Position numbers and translations under genes: made by a program. A stretch of 64,000 nt of DNA, taken from NCBI GenBank assembly GCA_963675665.1, contig OY776510.1:4736001-4800000 (forward strand). The letters are read 5' to 3'. Positions 9,119 through 18,571 of this stretch are shown here, piece by piece; the stretch's first letter is position 1, and the number at the start of each line of letters is the position of its first letter. Source of the stretch: Spirochaetia bacterium (GTDB lineage: Bacteria; Spirochaetota; Spirochaetia; UBA9216). A model generated the notes under the pieces. It ran no database searches and was not told the origin of the DNA. It saw nothing but the letters and a program-made list of their open reading frames with translations.

Positions 9119-10344
9119 TTAAAATTAAATGATGCCGACACAAAACATACGTAGCCCGTATTCTCACCGTATATTTCATACAGGCTCTCGACAAGGTTTT
9201 CAGGAAGCAGATCCGGAGAAAGGCCAAGATCTAACGCATCATCATACGGAGTTAAAGTAGCATGCTCCACTGCGGCTATGACAAGCTCACAGCTGCCTGT
9301 TGACATGGTACCGGCACCCGGGTATGCAAGAGAACCGCTGTCTGTAAGCATAACTATTCCGTTTGTAGCAGGATCGGGATATATTTCGCCGGTGTCCCTG
9401 TTTATTATGTATAACAGCCTGGTTCCCACGCCGCTTGTAAAACTGTATTCAAAACTGCAGCCTCCGGCCTCCGTAATATCGGTTGGAATATCAGGAAGAG
9501 AGTTGCATCCGACAGCTTCGGGAACCAGTGAGGCAAAATCATAATTCAGACTTTCATTTGCTTTAGTCATATAGCCGTTAACATCTGCAATCATCAGGCT
9601 GTAATTTCCGTTCATGGTGTTTTCAATGTTCAGAATGTTTCTGTGCACTTCGATCAAACCGTTATCCGCGTACATACTGAAAATAATATCACGGCTGTAA
9701 TATTCAGTGTTACTTCCGCATTCGAAACTCTGCCCGTCGGGATAGGTTAAAGAAAAAGTTTTTAAACCGTCGGAAAGATTGCTTCCGAGAACCCGGCTGG
9801 TCACCCCGTGCCGCTGAACATTTGTACGGTAATACTCGTGTACTGCAGGCATATTTTTAAAATCGGCAATCTCTGCTGCGGCGGCTGTGCCTTCGGTATT
9901 GTCACCGCCGTCTGAGCCTTCAGTATACTGCCAGGTCTCGAATATTATTTTATATTCAGAGGTTTCCCAGTAAGCTTCCGCCCTGAAACTCGTTACATGG
10001 TCTGTAACGATTTCAATACTGTAACTGAAGATCTGGATCACTTCAGAGCCTGAATACAACTCGGCATTAATCTGCCATGAGCCGGAATCCATATTGTTAA
10101 CCCGTTCCCAGGCATGGTCACCCTCAAGATCAACACTGATTGTACTGCTTATTCCTTTGGGAGGTGTAAGTTCGTATTTGATACGATCAATGCTCATTGC
10201 ATTGTCAGTCTTTATTTCGAACTGAAGTTCAAGCGAGCCGGTTTGGGAAGAGAAATTTAAAAACCCGTAACCGCAGGAAGAGAAGATGAATAAAACAATT
10301 AAAAAAAGTAATACCGCTCTTGCGGCAAGCCTAAAGCTTTTCAT
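9115..10344 (-). CDS. Putative lipoprotein (paralog of the neighbouring lipoprotein)
   Basis: Spirochaete-type lipobox FIFSSC; beta-rich, acidic body. Confidence 0.75.
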   Translation of the reverse strand: MKSFRLAARAVLLFLIVLFIFSSCGYGFLNFSSQTGSLELQFEIKTDNAMSIDRIKYELTPPKGISSTISVDLEGDHAWERVNNMDSGSWQINAELYSGSEVIQIFSYSIEIVTDHVTSFRAEAYWETSEYKIIFETWQYTEGSDGGDNTEGTAAAAEIADFKNMPAVHEYYRTNVQRHGVTSRVLGSNLSDGLKTFSLTYPDGQSFECGSNTEYYSRDIIFSMYADNGLIEVHRNILNIENTMNGNYSLMIADVNGYMTKANESLNYDFASLVPEAVGCNSLPDIPTDITEAGGCSFEYSFTSGVGTRLLYIINRDTGEIYPDPATNGIVMLTDSGSLAYPGAGTMSTGSCELVIAAVEHATLTPYDDALDLGLSPDLLPENLVESLYEIYGENTGYVCFVSASFNFN

Positions 10345-10352
10345 ACCATACC

Positions 10353-11558
10353 CTAAAAAACTTCCTGCTCAACAGACAAGCCAATCATGTTTATCTGTTC
10401 GCCGAAATACATAAACAGCCAGCCTGAAATATTCTCCGGAGAAAGATCCGGCGAGCCTGATGCCGCATATGCGCTTTCCAAATCCGTGCTGTTGATATAG
10501 GTGTCTACGGTAACCAGCACTATATTGAATGTGCCTGCAGCATCATCTACGCCGCCCATAAAGAAATCAGCTGAAGTTGACGGATCATCAACAGAAAAGT
10601 AATTAAGTGTTCCGGTCCCAATCGAATCCTGGACAACATTGGTGCCGTTTCCCGCTTCAACCATATACAGAATATAGCAGCCGGCCGAGGCGGAATCGTT
10701 TTTGTCATAACATGTAGAAGTCAGCGACTCTGCCCCGAGATCGGTATATGACCCGTTCAGGGTGGCAAGACCGGTTGCCGGTTCGTAACCGAAGCTGCAG
10801 TAGTCGTCCAGAATAGTCTCTACATCGTTCGGATCTCCCGCGGTAAGCGTGTAATTGCCCTTCGCATAGTAACCGTCGCGTTGTATGGTAAGATATTCAG
10901 ATGATATTTCAACCTGTATATTTGAAATGCCGGTTGAACGACTGGTTGTATATTCAAAAAAACTGTTATCAGGAAAGCCGATACTGAAGCGCGAAAGACT
11001 CGAGTAAAGATTTGTACCTCCCGCAATCAGAACGGTCATATATTTGGAATTTTCAACAGGGTCGCCGGCTGTGTGGGCGGCTGAAATAAGCGCATCAAAA
11101 CGGTACATATCAAGAAGGGATTCAAGTTCGGATCCTGCCGGCTTTTCCCATTTTACATCAATTCCGCCGCCGCTGTAATAAGTCATCTCGGCTATTACCG
11201 TCTGGGCAAGAGCAAGTTCGAATACGTCATTATGTCCGGCAGCTATTGACCCCGATTCATTATATACCGTAGTATCAAGAGTCCATGTACCCGTATCAAT
11301 TCTTGATATATAACATTCGGCACCCTGACTGCCGTCATAATCATAAATCTCAATATCCTTCCTTATAGAATCACCCGAATCGCTCTCAAGGTTAAAAACA
11401 ACATTCTGCAGATTTTCCGAAACTGCAGGGTCAACGGTGAATTTAATTGAAACATTTCCCGTTTCATCGTTAAAGTTGAATATCCCCTCGGAACAGGAGG
11501 AATAAAACAACCCTGCGGATATAATCAGCAATATAAAAAATGTAATTCTGGCCTTCAC
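10353..11558 (-). CDS. Putative lipoprotein (paralog of 9115-10344)
   Basis: GTG start at 11558 with AGGAG SD; lipobox-like LFYSSC; shares motifs with the downstream lipoprotein. Confidence 0.75.
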   Translation of the reverse strand: MKARITFFILLIISAGLFYSSCSEGIFNFNDETGNVSIKFTVDPAVSENLQNVVFNLESDSGDSIRKDIEIYDYDGSQGAECYISRIDTGTWTLDTTVYNESGSIAAGHNDVFELALAQTVIAEMTYYSGGGIDVKWEKPAGSELESLLDMYRFDALISAAHTAGDPVENSKYMTVLIAGGTNLYSSLSRFSIGFPDNSFFEYTTSRSTGISNIQVEISSEYLTIQRDGYYAKGNYTLTAGDPNDVETILDDYCSFGYEPATGLATLNGSYTDLGAESLTSTCYDKNDSASAGCYILYMVEAGNGTNVVQDSIGTGTLNYFSVDDPSTSADFFMGGVDDAAGTFNIVLVTVDTYINSTDLESAYAASGSPDLSPENISGWLFMYFGEQINMIGLSVEQEVF

Positions 11559-11568
11559 TGATACGCTC

Positions 11569-11946
11569 CTATGGTAAATCAACGATAAAATCAAAGCTTT
11601 TATCGAGAAATTTTAAAAGATAGTACTCGCCGTCTTTTTCAGAATAAACGGAAAATTCAAACCTGTAATCGCCCTCTGTTAAACCGGTGAAATTGAAATT
11701 ACCGCTGTGAGGCAGCACCTCATCAACACTGTAAAGAGCTGTTCCGGGGGCTGCTTTATTATAAAGGTTGTAAACACAGCGCTGATCTTCATTTTCACAT
11801 TCATATGTATAGTTTACGGTTATATCGGATGTACTGTAATTCGATTTCAAGTCGAGACTTAGGTAAGGTATTCTGAATGACGTTCCGCAACTGCTCAGCC
11901 CTGCTGCAACGGTTATTAAAAACAGCAGTATAATCCTGATCTTCAT
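11569..11946 (-). CDS. Small putative lipoprotein
   Basis: 125 aa, MKIRIILLFLITVAAGLSSC lipobox; first gene of a three-lipoprotein run. Confidence 0.7.
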   Translation of the reverse strand: MKIRIILLFLITVAAGLSSCGTSFRIPYLSLDLKSNYSTSDITVNYTYECENEDQRCVYNLYNKAAPGTALYSVDEVLPHSGNFNFTGLTEGDYRFEFSVYSEKDGEYYLLKFLDKSFDFIVDLP

Positions 11947-12055
11947 ATATAAAGCATATCAAAGTTACTGCTAAATATCTACTAAAAAAGCCCGGCTGCA
12001 ATAATCTTGTTGAAAAACGCATCGCAATCTCATAGAATAAATACAGGAGTAAAAA

Positions 12056-13222
12056 ATGCCTGATATCAAGAATGTTCTAGGTAAACTTGAAAATTATGAA
12101 ACAAAGCTAAAAGAGCTGAGCGAGCTGATTCTTGCCAATATCGTCATGATCGGAGAGATTCCGGCGCCGACATTCGGGGAAAAAGAGCGTGTTCGTTTCC
12201 TGATAGAGCGTTTTTCAGAAAACAGAATGCTGAACTGCTCTACCGACGAAAAAGGTAACGCTCTCGGTATAATCCCCGGCGAACGCGGCGACAGAAACAT
12301 ATTGATAGTTGCCCATACCGACAGCATTTTTGATGAAAAAATTGATCACACCATAGGAGTTCAGCCCCAGTATATCTGCGGTCCCGGCATAGGCGACAAT
12401 GCGCTCGGCGTAGCCGCTCTCGCCAGTCTTCCGGCTATACTTGAGCATCTGGATCTTAAACTCGATTCCAATATTATCCTGATGGGGTCCTCACGAAGCC
12501 TGGGCAGCGGCGATATTGAAGGCCTGAGGTTCTTTTTAAACAACTCCAACCTGCCGATTACCGCGGGACTATGCGTTGAAGGGGTAAGACTCGGCCGGCT
12601 CAGTTATTCCTCGATAGGAATGATCAGGTGTGAGCTGACATGCCAGGTTCCCGACGAGTACGACTGGACACGGTTCGGAGCTGTAGGCTCAATCATCACC
12701 ATCAACGAAGTAATTAATAGAATACTTGAAATTCCAATGCCCAAACGTCCCAGATGCAATATCGCCTTCGGTTCGATTGAAGGAGGCAAATCCTTTAACG
12801 CTCTGGCGTCAAAAGCCGTGCTGCGCTTTGAAATCAGAAGCGAATCGGGAGAAATGGTATCGAATGTTTTCAAACAGATATCCGATATTGCCTCGGAAGT
12901 TTCCAGCCATACAGGAGAGGAGATAACTCTTGATGTTCTGGCACGAAGGCAGCCGGGCGGAATTGATTTTTCACATCCGCTTGCATCGGCCGCCCGACAG
13001 ATAATGACCTATATGAACATAAAACCGAGAATATCTCCGAGCACATCGGAACTGGCTGCTTTTATTGCAAAAAATATTCCTGCCCTCACAATCGGGCTTA
13101 CTACAGGAGACAATATGAACGGGCTCGATGAAAGTATTGAAGTGTCTCCGATTTATACGGGTTTTGCCCAGCTTGCCGCACTTATCGAAATAATCGACAG
13201 AGGATATTCCAATGAAACTTGA
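12056..13222 (+). CDS. M20/M25/M40 metallohydrolase-fold protein with a degenerate active site
   Basis: IPAPTFGEKER, AHTDSIF, GPGIGDN and a dimerisation domain (GSIEGGKSFNA...FEIRS); the catalytic EE pair and the C-terminal His are not present. Confidence 0.8.
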   Translation: MPDIKNVLGKLENYETKLKELSELILANIVMIGEIPAPTFGEKERVRFLIERFSENRMLNCSTDEKGNALGIIPGERGDRNILIVAHTDSIFDEKIDHTIGVQPQYICGPGIGDNALGVAALASLPAILEHLDLKLDSNIILMGSSRSLGSGDIEGLRFFLNNSNLPITAGLCVEGVRLGRLSYSSIGMIRCELTCQVPDEYDWTRFGAVGSIITINEVINRILEIPMPKRPRCNIAFGSIEGGKSFNALASKAVLRFEIRSESGEMVSNVFKQISDIASEVSSHTGEEITLDVLARRQPGGIDFSHPLASAARQIMTYMNIKPRISPSTSELAAFIAKNIPALTIGLTTGDNMNGLDESIEVSPIYTGFAQLAALIEIIDRGYSNET

Positions 13223-14201
13223 TACATGGATTAAACAAAATACCTTTCATCACTCCGATTTTGAAGATCTTGATACCCTTGTAAAGAAGAAACAGGAGAA
13301 AAAGCTTAATATATCACTCTGCATTCCGACTCTTAATGAAGAAAAAACCATTGGCAAAGAAATTGTTATATTCAGGTCCGAACTTATGTCCAGGCATCAG
13401 CTTCTTGATGAAATAGCGGTTATCGATTCGGGATCCAAAGATCGAACAGTTGAAATTGCCGAATCTTTCGGAGCCAACGTGTATCTTGCCTCCGATATTC
13501 TGCCCGGAATTGAACCCAGATACGGAAAGGGTGAGAACCTGTGGAAAGCTATCTACCAGCTCTCCGGCGACATTATAGTATACATTGATGCTGATATTAA
13601 AAACATTCACCCAAGGTTCGTATACGGACTTGTGGCTCCGCTAATCTACAATGACGAGATAAAATACGTTAAAGCATTCTATGACAGACCTCTTGCATTC
13701 TCGGAAGGGATCAGACCGTCCGGCGGCGGCAGGGTAACCGAAATTCTTGTACGTCCGCTTTTTTCACTGTTCTTCCCCGATCTGTCCGGAATAATTCAGC
13801 CGTTGTCCGGAGAATATGCCGTTCGCCGTGAAGTACTTGAAGCTATCCCCTTTCCCATCGGCTACGGCGTTGAAACATCTCATCTTATTGATGTTTTCAG
13901 TAAATGGGGGCTTAAGGCTTTTGCCCAGACGGATCTTGATCAACGTGTTCACAGAAACCAGGACACCCGGGACCTCGGCAAAATGGCTTTTGGAATACTG
14001 CAGGCTTTTCTTAAGCGCCTGAAAAAAATGGGTATAATATCGGATCTGCCTGAAATGAACAGTATACTGAGGCAGTTTGTAGCGCATGACCGGGATTTTG
14101 AAGCTGTTGAACACGAGATAGTCGAATTCGAACGTCCGCCGATGATAGAGATACCTGAATATCAGGAGCGGTTGAAAGAACTTAAGAATAAGAACGATTA
14201 G
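13212..14201 (+). CDS. gpgS: Glucosyl-3-phosphoglycerate synthase (GT81)
   Basis: IPTLNEEKTIG, DSGSKD, GKGENLW, DADI, GGGRVTEILVRP, QPLSGEYA, GYGVE and HRNQ motifs. Confidence 0.88.
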   Translation: MKLDTWIKQNTFHHSDFEDLDTLVKKKQEKKLNISLCIPTLNEEKTIGKEIVIFRSELMSRHQLLDEIAVIDSGSKDRTVEIAESFGANVYLASDILPGIEPRYGKGENLWKAIYQLSGDIIVYIDADIKNIHPRFVYGLVAPLIYNDEIKYVKAFYDRPLAFSEGIRPSGGGRVTEILVRPLFSLFFPDLSGIIQPLSGEYAVRREVLEAIPFPIGYGVETSHLIDVFSKWGLKAFAQTDLDQRVHRNQDTRDLGKMAFGILQAFLKRLKKMGIISDLPEMNSILRQFVAHDRDFEAVEHEIVEFERPPMIEIPEYQERLKELKNKND

Positions 14202-14216
14202 AATTCTGCAGCTCTG

Positions 14217-15233
14217 TTATCCGTGAAACTCATTCATGAGCATATCCTCAATATCATTTATAACCGGATCCCATTCGGGAGTCTTTCCTTCCAGTTCAGT
14301 TATAGCCGCCTGAATGTTGTCGGGAGAGTACGGTAAGTCAGTCAGCAATTTCTTGACTCCTTCAACCAGTTCCGGGTACATACAATCCGTAAAAATTTCA
14401 ATCCCCCGGATTGTTCCGTGCCTCACATCAAGCCGGATATCCATGCCTCCCCAGGAGAAACGCCTGTCTATCCGGTGTGTAAAATCCGGACTTTTCCCGT
14501 ACAGCCATTCTTCGCTGCTTAATATATTAAAATAATTCGTAATTCCGGAATTCTTCTTAAGCGAATCAAGATTAAGAACTTCTTCACTGCCCCTGCCCAA
14601 CCTGGAAAAGAACGACTTCGTTATAGCTTCTGCCAATTCATCAGTACTTATACCCGTATTATATTCTTTCAGATTGGCTACCCTGCTTTTTACGGATTTA
14701 ACTCCCTTGGATTCCAGCTTTCTTGCATCAGGATTCAGATAATTTGTAAGCCGGCCCAGGTCAACATCAACAAGCAGTGTCCCATGATGAAAAGCCCGGT
14801 CGCGCGTTAATTTAAACGCGCTTCCCGAAATCTTTTTATTATTTACAATCAGATCATTTCTCCCGGAAGTTTCCGCTTCGATTCCGTAGTTTCCGAGAGC
14901 GTCGATTATGATCTCAAAATTTCGCTGTTTATCATATATATCCCTCCCTGACATAAAGGTGAAATTCAGATTGCCGGGGTCATGGTACACTGCTCCGCCG
15001 CCGCTCTGTCTGCGGGCAAGCTTTACCCCTTCATCCTTCATTACCTCAAGCCGGCACTCAGCCCAGGGGTTCTGATACCTTCCGATAACCACTGTCTCGG
15101 AGTTCCGCCAAAGAAACAAAACATGTCCGTCTGGATTCATATCCCTGAAAATCCAGTCTTCGGTAGCAAGATTAAACCAGGGATTTAAAGACTCTGAATG
15201 TAGCACGCGTGTAGCGAATGACGACTTCTGCAT
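14217..15233 (-). CDS. lplA: Lipoate-protein ligase A
   Basis: NPWFNLATED, VIGRYQNPW, RRQSGGGAVYHDPGNLNFTF, KISGSA, HHGTLL, KGVKSVKSRV. Start placed at ATG 15233, 7 nt after a TATAAT. Confidence 0.92.
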   Translation of the reverse strand: MQKSSFATRVLHSESLNPWFNLATEDWIFRDMNPDGHVLFLWRNSETVVIGRYQNPWAECRLEVMKDEGVKLARRQSGGGAVYHDPGNLNFTFMSGRDIYDKQRNFEIIIDALGNYGIEAETSGRNDLIVNNKKISGSAFKLTRDRAFHHGTLLVDVDLGRLTNYLNPDARKLESKGVKSVKSRVANLKEYNTGISTDELAEAITKSFFSRLGRGSEEVLNLDSLKKNSGITNYFNILSSEEWLYGKSPDFTHRIDRRFSWGGMDIRLDVRHGTIRGIEIFTDCMYPELVEGVKKLLTDLPYSPDNIQAAITELEGKTPEWDPVINDIEDMLMNEFHG

Positions 15234-15337
15234 GGACTGCATTATAATGAATTTCACCGATAGTTTAAACAATAAAAAGTGCGAAGTTTTAATTCGCAAT
15301 TGTTGCTTTTATACCATTTTAGCTATATATTATAGCA

Positions 15338-16966
15338 ATGGAAATATCTAACAGGATGACGATCGGTTGCACCTGGAAGAAAAGCAGAGATTTGTATGCA
15401 AACCTGCCCTTCACCGCCTCGATTAGCGGTCGCAGCTTCACGTATAAAGAAGCCGGTACCGTAATTTCAGAATTATCATTAATTTTAAATAAAAACGGAA
15501 TCAGAAAAAACACAAAAGCGGCAATACTGAGCGAAAACCGCGCGGAATGGGGGCTTTGCTGGCTTGCAATCACTACAATGGGCGGTATTGCCGTTCCCAT
15601 TATGACTGATTTTGCCCCGGAACAAATTCTTAATATCCTTGAACACTCGGAAGCGGAATATATATTTATATCCGATAAATTGAAGTCCAGAATAACTGAT
15701 TCAGGACTTTATAAAGACGGAAGGTATATGGTTATTGACGACTCGCCGGTTTTTGATAAACCGGCCGAATCGGCTGAATCCCCCCCGGTGGATATAAGCA
15801 CGGTAAATGAACCTGACGATATTGCGGCGCTGATATATACTTCCGGCACTACCGGAACCTCAAAAGGCGTTCTGCTGTCGCATCTGAATATTCTTACCAA
15901 CGCCTATGATTCAACCGTTGTCGGAAAATTCAATGCCGGGGACGCGATGCTTTCCGTGCTGCCGCTTGCCCATATGTACGAATTCACACAGGGATTCATG
16001 CTTCCCATGATTGAAGGCGCCAACATCAGCTATCTCGGTTTAAAACCTTCTCCCACATTGATGCTTAAATCCATATCGGAAGTAAAACCTCACTACATTC
16101 TCAGTGTTCCTCTTCTGATAGAAAAAATTTACAAGAATTCTGTTCTCGGACCAATTACAAAAAGCGCTGTACTCAGCAAGGTATACCGTATTCCGTTGTT
16201 CAGAATAATACTTAACCGCCTGGTAATCGGCAGAAAGCTTCTGAGGACCTTCGGCGGAAGACTGAAGTTCTTCGGAATCGGCGGGGCACCTCTGTCCGAC
16301 ACAGTTGAGAAATTCCTTAGAGAGGCCCGTTTTCCTTATGCCGTAGGATACGGTTTAACAGAGACTTCTCCGGTGCTGGCCGGCTCAGGTTCGTTCCAGA
16401 CAATATTCAGAGGAATAGGCCCGGCCTTCCGCAGCGTAAAACTCAGGATATCAGACGAAGGTGAAGTACAGGCTGCCGGTCCGAGCATTATGAAAGGTTA
16501 TTACAAAGATGAAAAACGCACTGCTGAAGTTTTTACTGAAGACGGCTGGTTTAAAACCGGTGACCTCGGCAGAATTGATGCGCGGGGAAATCTTTATATC
16601 AACGGACGTCTGAAAAATCTTATTCTCGGTCCCGCCGGGGAGAACATCTATCCGGAAGAGATAGAGAACGAGCTGAAAGCCAACCCATTTGTCGAAGAAT
16701 GTCTTGTTCTTAAAAACAAGGCCGGCCTTGTAGCACGTGTCTTTTTTAATCAGGACAGACTTAACCAGTATATGGAAGAGCTCAAACTAAGTCTTGAAAA
16801 CAATCTTGAGAATTTCCAGGAAGCCAAGATTGAACTTCTTGAAACGCTCAGAAAGAGTATGAACAGAAAACTCAGCAATTTTTCAAAGCTTAACCGGATA
16901 ATTGAGCAGGAGCTCCCGTTTGAACTGACGCCTTCACTGAAGATAAAGCGGTTTCTTTATACCTAA
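15338..16966 (+). CDS. Long-chain-fatty-acid--CoA ligase (AMP-binding family)
   Basis: YTSGTTGTSKG, GYGLTETSP, FKTGDLG, GRLKNLI..GENIYPEEIE, TPSLKIKR. Confidence 0.88.
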   Translation: MEISNRMTIGCTWKKSRDLYANLPFTASISGRSFTYKEAGTVISELSLILNKNGIRKNTKAAILSENRAEWGLCWLAITTMGGIAVPIMTDFAPEQILNILEHSEAEYIFISDKLKSRITDSGLYKDGRYMVIDDSPVFDKPAESAESPPVDISTVNEPDDIAALIYTSGTTGTSKGVLLSHLNILTNAYDSTVVGKFNAGDAMLSVLPLAHMYEFTQGFMLPMIEGANISYLGLKPSPTLMLKSISEVKPHYILSVPLLIEKIYKNSVLGPITKSAVLSKVYRIPLFRIILNRLVIGRKLLRTFGGRLKFFGIGGAPLSDTVEKFLREARFPYAVGYGLTETSPVLAGSGSFQTIFRGIGPAFRSVKLRISDEGEVQAAGPSIMKGYYKDEKRTAEVFTEDGWFKTGDLGRIDARGNLYINGRLKNLILGPAGENIYPEEIENELKANPFVEECLVLKNKAGLVARVFFNQDRLNQYMEELKLSLENNLENFQEAKIELLETLRKSMNRKLSNFSKLNRIIEQELPFELTPSLKIKRFLYT

Positions 16967-17025
16967 TCTATAGTCAACTTCTAAAAACTGCTGTTTTTAA
17001 AAGTACCCTGATATTAAAATTTGAT

Positions 17026-17064
17026 AAAAAAAAAGGGATGCCCTGGTTCAGGACAGCCCTTTTT
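17026..17064 (-). terminator. Intrinsic terminator of the liv operon (possibly bidirectional)
   Basis: Minus strand AGGGCTGTCCTG-AAC-CAGGGCATCCCT + T-run. Confidence 0.7.
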
Positions 17065-17079
17065 ATTATATCAGCTTTA

Positions 17080-17787
17080 TTATATTCCCAGATAGGCTTT
17101 TCTGACTTCATCATCCTTGAGCAGATTTTCACATGTATCGGCCATTGTTATACGGCCGGTTTCCATTACATAACCTTTGTGCGCAATTTTCAACGCAAGG
17201 TTCGCATTCTGCTCCACCAGGAAAACTGTTGTTTTCTGTTCCGTGTTTATCTTCCTGATTATATCAAAGATCTGCTGAACAATAATCGGAGCCAGCCCGA
17301 GAGAAGGTTCGTCCAGCAGGAGGATTCGCGGTTTTGCCATCAGGGCCCGGCTGATTGCAAGCATCTGCTGCTCTCCGCCCGACAGCGTTCCGCCGCGCTG
17401 GTTTCGACGTTCCGATAATATCGGAAACAATTCAAAAACATACTCAATGTCACGTTTTATCTCTTCATCGTCGCGGCGGAGAAAAGCGCCCATATCGAGG
17501 TTTTCCGAGACTGTTAAATCCGGAAAAATCCGCCGGCCTTCCGGAACCTGAATAAGCCCCATGGGAACTATCTCGTCCGGGGCTTTGCCGGTTATATCCT
17601 TGCCGTTCAGATAGATTTTTCCGCTCCGTGGCGGGACAACGCCGCAAATGGACATCAGGGTCGTAGTTTTACCGGCGCCGTTCGCACCTATGAGGGTGAC
17701 AATCTCACCCTCGGCAACATCAATACTGATGCCTTTCAGGGCCTGTATATTTCCGTAATATGTTTCCAGGTTTTCAATTTTAAGCAT
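17080..17787 (-). CDS. livF: Branched-chain amino acid ABC transporter ATPase
   Basis: MLKIENLETYYG, GANGAGKTT, LSGGEQQMLAI, LLLDEPSLGLAP, VEQN; start trimmed to ATG 17787. Confidence 0.92.
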   Translation of the reverse strand: MLKIENLETYYGNIQALKGISIDVAEGEIVTLIGANGAGKTTTLMSICGVVPPRSGKIYLNGKDITGKAPDEIVPMGLIQVPEGRRIFPDLTVSENLDMGAFLRRDDEEIKRDIEYVFELFPILSERRNQRGGTLSGGEQQMLAISRALMAKPRILLLDEPSLGLAPIIVQQIFDIIRKINTEQKTTVFLVEQNANLALKIAHKGYVMETGRITMADTCENLLKDDEVRKAYLGI

Positions 17788-18571
17788 CGGCGTCCTCCCC
17801 GAGATAGGCCTTGATAACTTCAGGGTTCTTTTTAATATCCGCAGGAACTCCCGCAGCAATAAGCTTTCCGTAGTCAACAACATAGATACGTTCGGAAAGA
17901 CTCATTACAAGGCTCATGTCATGCTCAATAAGAAGTATTGTTATATCCTCGGTATCGCGTATTCGAACGATAGTTTCGTCAAGTTCTCGTGTTTCATGAG
18001 GATTCATACCCGCCGCCGGTTCATCAAGCAGAAGAAGAAAGGGCTCTGTTGCCATTGCGCGGGCAATCTCAAGCCGGCGCTGCGCTCCGTACGGCAGATT
18101 CTTGGCCAGTTCATTTACAAAACCTTCAAGATTCAGTTTTTTCAGAATCTCGTAGCTGTCTTCGATTACCTGCTGTTCTTCCGCTTTTGTTCGTTTATCA
18201 CGGAGAATAGCGCCCATAACCCCTGCCCTCATCCGCGGATGCCGGCCTATCATGACATTCTCAAGAACCGTAAGGTTCTGGAACAGCCGGATATTCTGAA
18301 AGGTCCGGGCAAGTCCCCGCTCGGTAATCACATTCGGCTTCATGCCGTTTATCCGTTCAGATTTTCCTGTAGAAGGAGGACAGATAACGACATCGCCGGC
18401 AGTAGGTTTGTTGACCCCTGTGATACAGTTGAAAAATGTTGTTTTACCGGCACCGTTCGGTCCGATAAGAGCGACAATCTCGCCCTTGTTTATATAAAGA
18501 TCTACATCATTTACAGCCCGGAGGCCCCCGAAATCCATACGGAGTTTCTTTACATCAAGTATGGGAGTCAT
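17780..18571 (-). CDS. livG: Branched-chain amino acid ABC transporter ATPase
   Basis: GPNGAGKTT, RTFQNIRLF, LPYGAQRRLEIARA, LDEPAAGMN, IEHDM, VIKAYLG. Confidence 0.93.
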   Translation of the reverse strand: MTPILDVKKLRMDFGGLRAVNDVDLYINKGEIVALIGPNGAGKTTFFNCITGVNKPTAGDVVICPPSTGKSERINGMKPNVITERGLARTFQNIRLFQNLTVLENVMIGRHPRMRAGVMGAILRDKRTKAEEQQVIEDSYEILKKLNLEGFVNELAKNLPYGAQRRLEIARAMATEPFLLLLDEPAAGMNPHETRELDETIVRIRDTEDITILLIEHDMSLVMSLSERIYVVDYGKLIAAGVPADIKKNPEVIKAYLGEDADA

